Source: Candidatus Gottesmanbacteria bacterium
GTDB taxonomy: Bacteria; Patescibacteriota; Microgenomatia; UBA10105; UBA927
Assembly (NCBI GenBank): GCA_023245355.1
Contig: JAHFKN010000001.1
Location: 2,057-66,056, forward strand
DNA: 64,000 nucleotides
Direction of reading: 5' to 3'
Part shown: positions 1-7,655 of the stretch, in pieces
How the letters are laid out: the number at the start of each line of letters is the position of its first letter
How positions within the stretch are numbered: the first letter of the stretch is position 1
Made by a program: the position numbers and the translations under genes
The notes under the pieces: model-generated
The model's input: only the letters and a program-made list of their open reading frames with translations
Told to the model about the DNA's origin: nothing
Database searches by the model: none

Positions 1-656
1 AACGAAAGTTCCTCATTCGGTTTGAGGTTTTTTACATAGGAGAGATACTCTTTCGCTTTATCCAGCGGGATCCCTTTTTTCTCCATTTCCGAAAGTACGC
101 CGTCATCACCGATTTTTTTAATTTTATCGATACTGACAATCGCCTCATAGGGCATATCCTTAAAAAGTGCCCGTGAGTTTATGCGCACCAGCGCGTTTTT
201 GAATCCCATCTGTTTATAGATTTCAAGTGATAATGCTATCGTTTCCGCATCGGCATCGGGCGTTTTGACACCAAAGATGTCCGCATCCGCCTGAGTGAAT
301 TCACGGTACCGTCCTTTTTGCGGTTTTTCGGCACGGAACGCCGGCTGTATCTGGTACCGCTTAAAGGGAAATGTCAGCTGGTTCTGGTATTGGGCGATGA
401 CGCGGCAGGTAGGTACCGTCTGATCATAACGGAGTGCCACATCGCGCTCACCCTGGTCTTTAAACTTAAAGAATAGTTTTTCGTCTTCACCGATGGCGCC
501 GACAAATATTTCGAGCGGTTCCAGCGTGGGGGTTTCCAGCGGTGCAAATCCCCAGACTTCGAAAATGCCCGCAAGTTTATCGCGGAGCCATTTCCGTTTT
601 GCAGCCTCAACCGGTAAAAAATCCCGAAATCCCTTAAGCGGCAATATCGTATCCAT
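1..656 (-). CDS. hisS: Histidyl-tRNA synthetase, N-terminal part (runs off the window start)
   Basis: Manual translation from ATG at 656: MDTILPLKGFRDFLP...ETPTLE...LRYDQTVP...FRAEKPQKGRYREFTQADADIFG, which are HisRS class II motifs. Last gene of the his operon. Not in the ORF track because it is truncated. Confidence 0.9.
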   Translation of the reverse strand, partial: MDTILPLKGFRDFLPVEAAKRKWLRDKLAGIFEVWGFAPLETPTLEPLEIFVGAIGEDEKLFFKFKDQGERDVALRYDQTVPTCRVIAQYQNQLTFPFKRYQIQPAFRAEKPQKGRYREFTQADADIFGVKTPDADAETIALSLEIYKQMGFKNALVRINSRALFKDMPYEAIVSIDKIKKIGDDGVLSEMEKKGIPLDKAKEYLSYVKNLKPNEELS

Positions 657-783
657 AATTTTTTACCCGCCAACCACGTGCTCTTTGAAGCGTCTACGAA
701 TAGTAGTGAAAAGCTTCAAAGCAAACGTAGGCGAGCCTCCTTTATCGTAGCAGTCAGCCACGCTCCTCACAATAGTGAACTTT

Positions 784-1056
784 TCATTTTTTCCGTTTGT
801 CCAGCTCGCCGTATATGTCTTCGGGGGTGATTCCCAGAGCCGCCCAGAGGACAACGGAGTGAAACAGTAAATCCGCAAGCTCTTCGATCCGGCGCTGCCT
901 GTTTTCATTTTTGGCCGCGATGACGACTTCCGTCGCTTCTTCTCCGATTTTCTGAATCAGACGGTCGGAATTATCAATGAGTGACGCGACGTAGGATCCC
1001 TCAGGTTTGTTTTCCTGACGGTTTTTTATGACCGCGTAGAGATCGTCAATTGTCAT
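784..1056 (-). CDS. hisE: Phosphoribosyl-ATP pyrophosphohydrolase
   Basis: SYVASL...QKIGEEATEVVIAA...ELADLLFH motif. Start moved to the MTIDDL ATG, which overlaps the hisI stop. Confidence 0.93.
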   Translation of the reverse strand: MTIDDLYAVIKNRQENKPEGSYVASLIDNSDRLIQKIGEEATEVVIAAKNENRQRRIEELADLLFHSVVLWAALGITPEDIYGELDKRKK

Positions 1057-1349
1057 ATATTCTCCTTTCTGTAAAAGCACGATATATTTCCTGAGTGACA
1101 CGTCGGTCCCACGGGATTAACCCGAATAAGATACGCATCGTCATCACAGTCACGGTATATACTTGTGACCCGGAGACAGTTTCCCGACGATTCTCCTTTT
1201 TTCCAGAGCCTTTTTTTGGAACGGCTCCAAAACCATACCCACCCCGTGTTTTTGGTGCGTATGAGTGCCTCGTCATTCATATAGCCGACCATGAGTACCT
1301 GTCCGGTCCGGTCGTTTTGTATCACGGCGGGAATAAGTATGGTGTTCAT
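1053..1349 (-). CDS. hisI: Phosphoribosyl-AMP cyclohydrolase
   Basis: WSRSK..LWKKGESSG, DCDDDA and PTCHSG..SCF motifs. Confidence 0.95.
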   Translation of the reverse strand: MNTILIPAVIQNDRTGQVLMVGYMNDEALIRTKNTGWVWFWSRSKKRLWKKGESSGNCLRVTSIYRDCDDDAYLIRVNPVGPTCHSGNISCFYRKENI

Positions 1350-2110
1350 AAGATCTCCCGTACCGCTATGTTTTGAGCGGACAAATAGCGCTTCAATTCC
1401 GGTATTGTCAATTCACCGAAGTGGAAAAGGGAAGCCGCAAGAGCGGCATCTGCTTCGCCGTCCCGGAATATTTCCAGGAAATCTTTCATACTTCCGGCTC
1501 CTCCCGATGCGATGACGGGAACCGGCACGTCACGGGAAACCTGACGGGTAAGTTCTATGGCAAAGCCGCTTTTTGTTCCGTCGGCATCGATGCTGGTCAA
1601 AAGAATTTCTCCTGCCCCCAGCCGGGCAGCCTCTTTGGCCCACTCCACGGCAGACAAACCGGAATCTTTGGTGCCGCCGTTTATCCAGGCGTTCCACTGC
1701 CCGGGAGCCGACGCTTTGGCATCAAGCGATAATACGACGCACTGGTTTCCGAATGCGTTGGCGCAGTCGGTAATAAGCTTCGGATTTTTAACGGCGCCTG
1801 TGTTTAGCGAAACTTTATCCGCGCCGGCCAAAAGCAGCTGCCGCATGTCCGAAACACTCCGTATGCCTCCGCCCACGGAAAACGGAATGTTTACTTTCTT
1901 GGCGGTATTTGCCACGACGTCGAGTAAGATCGGCCTGTTCTCGACCGTTGCGGTAATATCCAGAAATACCAGTTCATCCGCGCCGTCGTCGCTGTATTTT
2001 TTGGCGAGCGCAATCGGGTCGCCGGCGTCACGGAACGAAACAAACTGTATGCCTTTTACTACTTTGCCCTCTGTCATATCGAGACAGGGGATAATACGTT
2101 TTGTTGTCAT
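1346..2110 (-). CDS. hisF: Imidazole glycerol phosphate synthase, cyclase subunit
   Basis: KRIIPCLD..GKVVKG, GADELVFLDI, GAGEILLTSIDADGTKSG, PVIASGGAG, ALAASLFH. Confidence 0.97.
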   Translation of the reverse strand: MTTKRIIPCLDMTEGKVVKGIQFVSFRDAGDPIALAKKYSDDGADELVFLDITATVENRPILLDVVANTAKKVNIPFSVGGGIRSVSDMRQLLLAGADKVSLNTGAVKNPKLITDCANAFGNQCVVLSLDAKASAPGQWNAWINGGTKDSGLSAVEWAKEAARLGAGEILLTSIDADGTKSGFAIELTRQVSRDVPVPVIASGGAGSMKDFLEIFRDGEADAALAASLFHFGELTIPELKRYLSAQNIAVREIL

Positions 2111-2718
2111 AAATTCTCCTTTATAAAATTGGTTAATAATATGGTTCCTGCTGCCCCGCTTTTTTCCGGATGAAATTGTGTCGCAAACAGATTTTTGTAC
2201 GCCACGGCACTGGCAAACGTTTCTCCGTATCTGGTCGTGGCCGCGACCATGTCCGGATTTTCCACGACCGGATAATAGCTGTTGACGAAATAAAACTCCG
2301 CCGCGGGAATTCCGTCAAACAAGCGCCGCGCATAGGGATTGCTGTCGGAAACGGTGACGGTATTCCAGCCGATTTGCGGGACTTTTTTTTCTGCCCGGAA
2401 TTTCCGGACGGACCCTTTGAGTATCCCCAGGCACACCGTGTCCGCCTCCTCGCTATACTCAAACAGGAGCTGCATGCCGAGACAAAATCCGATAAACGGA
2501 ATGCCGCGCAGTACCTGATTCCGGATGACCGAATCCAGGCCCCGTGTTTTCAGGTTCTGCATGCCTACCCCTGCCGCTCCTACTCCCGGCAGGAGGATAG
2601 CAGCGGCGGACCCGACGACAAAAGGATCTGAACTTACAACGCACGGCACACCGAGAGCGGTCATCGTGTTGACAACACTCCCGATGTTTCCCAGTCCGTA
2701 ATCAATAATAGTTATCAT
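2107..2718 (-). CDS. hisH: Imidazole glycerol phosphate synthase, glutamine amidotransferase subunit
   Basis: IIDYGLGN, LPGVG, GFCLGMQ, QFHPEKS (class I GATase triad). Confidence 0.96.
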   Translation of the reverse strand: MITIIDYGLGNIGSVVNTMTALGVPCVVSSDPFVVGSAAAILLPGVGAAGVGMQNLKTRGLDSVIRNQVLRGIPFIGFCLGMQLLFEYSEEADTVCLGILKGSVRKFRAEKKVPQIGWNTVTVSDSNPYARRLFDGIPAAEFYFVNSYYPVVENPDMVAATTRYGETFASAVAYKNLFATQFHPEKSGAAGTILLTNFIKENL

Positions 2719-3305
2719 AATGTTCCTTTCGTCGACGGAATCTGTCCGCCGCTTTTTTCATCCGTTTCGCAGGCCATGCGTATGGCTCTGGCCATTGCTT
2801 TCCATATCGCCTCGGCTTTGTGGTGATCGTTTCTGCCGTTTTCCACCTTTATGTACACATTCGCTTTTGCATTTTGTGCAAATGCGTCCCAAAAATCATA
2901 GACGAGTTCACTGCTCAGGTCGCCGATTTTTTCGCGGGCAAACGGACAGTCCAGCGTGAAGGCGTACCGTCCGGAAAAGTCGATTGCCACCGTGGCAAGT
3001 GCTTCGTCCATCGGCAGGATAAAAAATCCATACCGCTTGACTCCGCGTTTGTCCGCCAGTGCCTTCAAAAACGCTTCTCCCAACACAATGCCGATATCTT
3101 CCACCGTGTGGTGATCATCGATATACATGTCTCCCGTGGCCTTCATTGTGAGATCGAATGCGCCGTGTTTGGCAAAAAGATCCAGCATGTGAGTGAGGAA
3201 CCCGACCGGTGTATCTATCGACCGGATACCCGCTCCGTCCAGACAAAGTGACAGGAAAACGTCCGTTTCCGATGTTTTCCTGGTTATGGCTGCTTTCCGC
3301 TTCAT
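2715..3305 (-). CDS. hisB: Imidazoleglycerol-phosphate dehydratase (monofunctional)
   Basis: RKTSET, DDHHTVED, PMDEAL, GRNDHHKAEA, IPSTKG. No N-terminal phosphatase domain. Confidence 0.97.
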   Translation of the reverse strand: MKRKAAITRKTSETDVFLSLCLDGAGIRSIDTPVGFLTHMLDLFAKHGAFDLTMKATGDMYIDDHHTVEDIGIVLGEAFLKALADKRGVKRYGFFILPMDEALATVAIDFSGRYAFTLDCPFAREKIGDLSSELVYDFWDAFAQNAKANVYIKVENGRNDHHKAEAIWKAMARAIRMACETDEKSGGQIPSTKGTL

Positions 3306-4024
3306 AGGACCTCCTTTAGATTGTTTATATTGCGTATCCGTATGTCACCGATTTTTTCGTATCCGACAAATACACTTGTCATGCCCGCGCGCTTGGCAGC
3401 CAGGACGTCATTTATCGTGTCGCCGACATAGACGGGATTTTTCACTTTCATCCGCCGTGCCGCCTCACGCAGGGGATCGGGAAACGGTTTTTCCCTCTTC
3501 GTGTCTTCCCGGGCGACGATATAGGCAGCCGGAATACAGTCGGGCGTTATCCCGAGGTTCGAAGCGGTACACATGGCTTCTTTTTTGGGGCGGCCGGTCG
3601 CTATTCCTAACGGGTAGGCTGAGCCGAGAGAAACGAGCATCTTTTTTTCGATAAGAAGCGTTTCTTGCGCGATAAGGCCGTCATAGTCGTTGCCCAGGTA
3701 AACGGATTGGAAGCATGCCTTGATGCGGCGATACCTATCGGTTTGCCGTATGGTATCCGTAAGCAACACGATATTTTGCGCGAAATCCGACGCCGGTATG
3801 TTCCGGTTCAGAAGGTCCGTGAGCGCGTATGAAACATCCCAGTCGTTATTGAATCCGGGAATTTTTTTGACGGCGGCAATCAAATTTGCATCAACCGTTT
3901 TGTTGATCCGCCCGGTTTCTCGGAGCATGGTCTTTACGGTTTGTTTGATTGCCGCAGTGAAGCTCTCATTGGAAACGAGCACCCCGTCCATGTCAAAGAT
4001 GATTGCGTCATACGCGTTTTTCAT
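3302..4024 (-). CDS. HAD-superfamily hydrolase, probable histidinol-phosphate phosphatase
   Basis: FDMDGV, GFNNDWD, ATGRP, KPFPDPL and VGDTIND motifs. Translationally coupled between hisC and hisB. Confidence 0.8.
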   Translation of the reverse strand: MKNAYDAIIFDMDGVLVSNESFTAAIKQTVKTMLRETGRINKTVDANLIAAVKKIPGFNNDWDVSYALTDLLNRNIPASDFAQNIVLLTDTIRQTDRYRRIKACFQSVYLGNDYDGLIAQETLLIEKKMLVSLGSAYPLGIATGRPKKEAMCTASNLGITPDCIPAAYIVAREDTKREKPFPDPLREAARRMKVKNPVYVGDTINDVLAAKRAGMTSVFVGYEKIGDIRIRNINNLKEVL

Positions 4025-5079
4025 ACGATCTCCTTTAGGGCGTTTATAAGTTTGTTGTTTTCCCGCTCACTCCGGACCGTGATCCGCACGCAACCGGATA
4101 AATACGGTTTGGCACTGCGGTCCCGGATGATGATGCCGCAGGAGGTAAGGCGCGACGCTATGCTGCGTGCACGGTTGCCCATATTCACGAGCAGGAAGTT
4201 TGCTTCTGACGGATAGACAACAAATCCCAGCGCGGTAAGGGAACCAGCCAGCCGCCGGCGTTCGGCCCGGATCATGGATATTTGCTTTCGGATCCACCGC
4301 CTGTCATTTTTGAGCACCGTTTCGGCAAGACGGGAAGAAAGCGAGCTGACACCCATGGGAAACCGGACGGTATTAAAGACGCGGGAAAGATTTCGATTTG
4401 CGATAAGGTAGCCTACGCGCGCGCCGGCAAGTCCCGCGAATTTAGAAAACGTTTTCAGCACGATAAGATTGTCGTATTGCTTCGTAAGCTGTACGGCGGT
4501 TTTGCCGTAAAATTCCCCGTATGCTTCGTCGACGACGACCGCGCATGAAGCGGCGGACACGATACGTCTGAGCGTTGATTGCGGTATCACGGATCCTGTC
4601 GGGTTGTTCGGGTTTACCAGAAATATGAGTTGGGTCCGGGGTTGGCGGGACGCCTTGATGATATCAGCCGCATTGACGGCGAATGTTTTTCCGACAAGCG
4701 GAATTTCGATCGGGATGCCCCGGTTTATCCTGCACTGGATATCAAACATTTCATATGTCGGAGGGGTAATAACAAACCGGTCGCCCGGGTCTAAAAATGT
4801 TTTGGACAGGATATCGATTGCCTCATCACCGCTGTCGGTGACGGTAATCATGCTCTGCGAAACGCGTTCGTAGGACGCAAGCTCCCGTTTGAGCCCTGTA
4901 TAGTTTGGATCCCCGTATTCGTTGACGGAAACCGCGCTTACAGGAACACGTTCAGCGCTTGGCGGGGGAAAGGGAAGCGTATTCGTGTCAAACCGGAGTG
5001 TGTCTGCCACAACATACGCCTCCCATTGGTACGGGCTGGTCGTTTGTCCCACTTGTGATAACCGATAGTTCATGTTCAT
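4021..5079 (-). CDS. hisC: Histidinol-phosphate aminotransferase
   Basis: GDEAI, NPNNPTG, VVDEAYGEF, KTFSKFAGLAGARVGY (PLP lysine). Start chosen 7 nt after GGGAGG. Confidence 0.93.
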   Translation of the reverse strand: MNMNYRLSQVGQTTSPYQWEAYVVADTLRFDTNTLPFPPPSAERVPVSAVSVNEYGDPNYTGLKRELASYERVSQSMITVTDSGDEAIDILSKTFLDPGDRFVITPPTYEMFDIQCRINRGIPIEIPLVGKTFAVNAADIIKASRQPRTQLIFLVNPNNPTGSVIPQSTLRRIVSAASCAVVVDEAYGEFYGKTAVQLTKQYDNLIVLKTFSKFAGLAGARVGYLIANRNLSRVFNTVRFPMGVSSLSSRLAETVLKNDRRWIRKQISMIRAERRRLAGSLTALGFVVYPSEANFLLVNMGNRARSIASRLTSCGIIIRDRSAKPYLSGCVRITVRSERENNKLINALKEIV

Positions 5080-5094
5080 ATACATTCCTCCCAC

Positions 5095-6387
5095 TCATTT
5101 CATAAACCGTACCGATACCGAATTTTTGTGTGCCGGTAATTGTTCGATAGCGGCTACAATTTCTATTGTGTTCCGGATTGTTGATAATCCGCGTTTGGTA
5201 CATGTTTGTACCTGCATCCATTTGCCGTATGCGTCCACCCCCAGCGGAGGATACATTTTGGCCATCCCCCCGGTCGGTAAGACGTGATTGGCGCCCGTTG
5301 CATAATCTCCCGTTGCTTTAGACGTCCACGGTCCCAGAAATACGGAGCCGGCATTTCGAATGCGTCCGACAACCGTTTCCGGTCGGCGCGTCATAATTTC
5401 CAAATGCTCCGGTGCATACTCATTGGTAAACGCTATGGCTTCCGTAATCGAATCTGCGACGGCAAACAGTCCGTATTGTCTGAGTGATGCGCGTATCCTG
5501 TCTGCCGTTTTAAGAAATGGCAGTTGTTTTTGTATTTCCGCAATGGTTTTTTTTGCGACGGTTTCGCTCGTCGTAATAAGCACGCAGGCGGAATCTTCTC
5601 CGTGTTCGCCGTCAGCAAGAAGATCAGCGGCTATGAACGCTGGATTTGCAGTATCGTCGGCAATGATAAAAATTTCTGACGGTCCTGCCGGCATGTCGAT
5701 GCTTACCGTATCAAGGGCGAGCATTTTGGCGGCTGTGACGAACGCATTACCGGCCCCGAAAATTTTGTATACGTTCGGTATGGTGTTTGTGCCGTAGCAC
5801 ATGGCGGCAATTGCTTCAGCGCCGCCGACTCTGTATATGTTTGTAATTCCGATCATGTCCGCGGCAACCAGCGTAGGCGCCGGAATTTGTCCGTCTTCCC
5901 GGGGAGGAGAGCAAAGGACTATTTGCCTGCAGCCGGAAATTTGAGCGGGAATTGCCGTCATGAGGACGGAAGAAGGGTACACAGCTTTGCCTCCCGGGAT
6001 ATACAATCCGACTTTTTCTATCGGCCGCCACTCGCGCCAGACGGTGATTCCTTTTTCCGTACGGACTACAGTGTCCTTCAGGCGCGGAAGCTGTGCTTTT
6101 TGGACGGCGGTGATATTTTTTATCATTTGCCGCAAGGCCCGGATAAAATCAGGCGTCACCCTTGTATATGCGTTTTTGATATCGCCCGGTGTTACCGCGA
6201 CAGAAGAGTATGCGGCAGCGCCGTAGCGCTTTACATATTTATTCCGCAGCACAGCATCCCCGGAGGTTTTTACCGACTCCATTATTTTTTTGACCTGTGG
6301 CCGTATCCGGACGTCCATGCCCGCAGACCGGCGTACTATCCGCTGATAGTCGGTGTTGTTTAGGTCTTTCAGACGTATTGTTTTCAT
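5095..6387 (-). CDS. hisD: Histidinol dehydrogenase
   Basis: GLYIPGG..YPSSVLM, IDMPAGPSE, APEHLE, GDYATGANHVLPT. Confidence 0.97.
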   Translation of the reverse strand: MKTIRLKDLNNTDYQRIVRRSAGMDVRIRPQVKKIMESVKTSGDAVLRNKYVKRYGAAAYSSVAVTPGDIKNAYTRVTPDFIRALRQMIKNITAVQKAQLPRLKDTVVRTEKGITVWREWRPIEKVGLYIPGGKAVYPSSVLMTAIPAQISGCRQIVLCSPPREDGQIPAPTLVAADMIGITNIYRVGGAEAIAAMCYGTNTIPNVYKIFGAGNAFVTAAKMLALDTVSIDMPAGPSEIFIIADDTANPAFIAADLLADGEHGEDSACVLITTSETVAKKTIAEIQKQLPFLKTADRIRASLRQYGLFAVADSITEAIAFTNEYAPEHLEIMTRRPETVVGRIRNAGSVFLGPWTSKATGDYATGANHVLPTGGMAKMYPPLGVDAYGKWMQVQTCTKRGLSTIRNTIEIVAAIEQLPAHKNSVSVRFMK

Positions 6388-6391
6388 ATAA

Positions 6392-7261
6392 TTACGAAAT
6401 AATTTTTTCGACCGGCAGCATAACGAATTTACCTGCTCCCAGTGTCTTTAACCGTTCAAAAAGCGCCCAAAACATATCTTCTTTGACGACGCCCTGCAGA
6501 CGTATATTCGATCCTGTTTTGTCAGGAGTAATCTCCGATGACGCAAGTCCCGGAATGATTTTTGTGAGTTTCGGCGCGATTTGTTTCGGGGCGGTCATAA
6601 TGACGTATGTATAATTTGCGGCGGAAAGAACCCCTTTAAATCTCGTCAGCAGCTGATTTACCAGTGCCCGTTCTTTCAGAGAACCAGCCGACTGCTTGTT
6701 GGCAATCAGGACGGCCTCCGAACGGTAAATCGGGGCGAGGGGACGCAGGTCATTGAGTGCGAGCGTACTTCCCGTTGACGTTAAGTCGACGATGGCCGAG
6801 GCAATGCCCAACGACGGCGCAATTTCAACCGATCCGCGTATGGTAACCGTATTTACCGACACGCCGTTTTTTTGAAAATACCGCGTTGTAGATCCGGGGT
6901 ATGTTGTCGCGATAGTCTTCCCATTGAGGTCGGCTAGTGTTGTGACAGGGGATTCCTTCGGCACGGATACCGTGAGCGTACAGAATCCGTACCGGAGGTT
7001 TAACAGTTTTTTCACATCCGGACGCTCTTCATTTAACACGTTCTGTCCCAATATGCCCAAATCGACAACACCGGATTCGACAAGCCCCGGGATATCATCG
7101 TCACGGACATACAGAATTTCCATGGGGAAATTCCGGCAGGTCGAAAACAGCTTCCGTTTATAGCTTTCGAATGAAATGCCCGCGGCGCGCAAAAACGAAA
7201 GCGTTTCTTCCGTCAGACGCCCGTCTTTTTGTATCGCTAATTTAAGATATTGGTTATTCAT
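6392..7261 (-). CDS. hisG: ATP phosphoribosyltransferase (long form)
   Basis: AIQKDGRL, VRDDDIP, IATTYP, GSVEIAP..G, IVDLTSTGSTL. 289 aa including the C-terminal regulatory domain. Confidence 0.96.
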   Translation of the reverse strand: MNNQYLKLAIQKDGRLTEETLSFLRAAGISFESYKRKLFSTCRNFPMEILYVRDDDIPGLVESGVVDLGILGQNVLNEERPDVKKLLNLRYGFCTLTVSVPKESPVTTLADLNGKTIATTYPGSTTRYFQKNGVSVNTVTIRGSVEIAPSLGIASAIVDLTSTGSTLALNDLRPLAPIYRSEAVLIANKQSAGSLKERALVNQLLTRFKGVLSAANYTYVIMTAPKQIAPKLTKIIPGLASSEITPDKTGSNIRLQGVVKEDMFWALFERLKTLGAGKFVMLPVEKIIS

Positions 7262-7276
7262 ATGTTTTTCCTTTTG

Positions 7277-7349
7277 GGTGGCTGACGGGTAATGCTCCCG
7301 CTGCTTCCTGCTCCACAGGCAGGCGCTCTACTTTTGAGCTACAGCCACC
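7277..7349 (-). tRNA. tRNA-His(GUG)
   Basis: Minus strand: G-1, GTGGCTG...CCTGC-CT-GTG-GA-GCAGG...CAGCCAC-C73. The G-1:C73 identity pair is present. The T-loop is atypical (GCGGG-AGCATTA-CCCGT). CCA is not fully encoded. Confidence 0.9.
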
Positions 7350-7361
7350 ATTTTTGCCAAT

Positions 7362-7418
7362 AAAAAACCTCCCGTTCGCTACGCACCACAAAACATGTGA
7401 TACGTAAGGAACGAGAGG
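7362..7418 (-). terminator. Intrinsic terminator of the His T-box leader
   Basis: CCTCTCGTTC...GAACGGGAGG followed by TTTTTT. Its 5' arm is shared with the antiterminator. Confidence 0.85.
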
Positions 7419-7600
7419 CCAATAAAAAAGGACCTCCCGCGGTCCCATCCTTCGTTTTCCGGAGTATTTCTCTCCGGAACTCTCAGGCCGACTCCGCGTG
7501 GGCGACATCGACTGTTGTATTTGACGGTTCAACTTCCGTAAGGCTTTTTGGCCTTCAGCTCGTGGATCGTGACTCCACTGATAGCGCTTTTCTATTCAAT
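7362..7600 (-). promoter_or_regulatory. T-box riboswitch, His-specific, with a very short Stem I
   Basis: T-box AACGAAGGA-TGGGACC-GCG (7438-7456) pairs with CGT-TCCTT. The variable bulge base G complements C73 of tRNA-His. The His codon CAC (7569-7571) lies in the loop of GTGGA-GTCACGA-TCCAC. A terminator follows. Confidence 0.85.
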
Positions 7601-7610
7601 TGTATTGGGT

Positions 7611-7638
7611 ATCATACTACAAATCCTTTAAATGTCAA
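7611..7638 (-). promoter_or_regulatory. Sigma70-type promoter of the T-box/tRNA-His/his operon
   Basis: TTGACA-16 nt-TATGAT on the minus strand, just upstream of the leader. Confidence 0.65.
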
Positions 7639-7655
7639 ATTCGTATCGGGGACCG

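Noticed and set aside
1-656. HisZ rather than HisS
   Set aside because: HisG is the long form, which does not need HisZ, and motif 2 (FRAEKPQKGRYREF.Q) is HisRS-like. The C-terminus is outside the window, so this is not fully verifiable.
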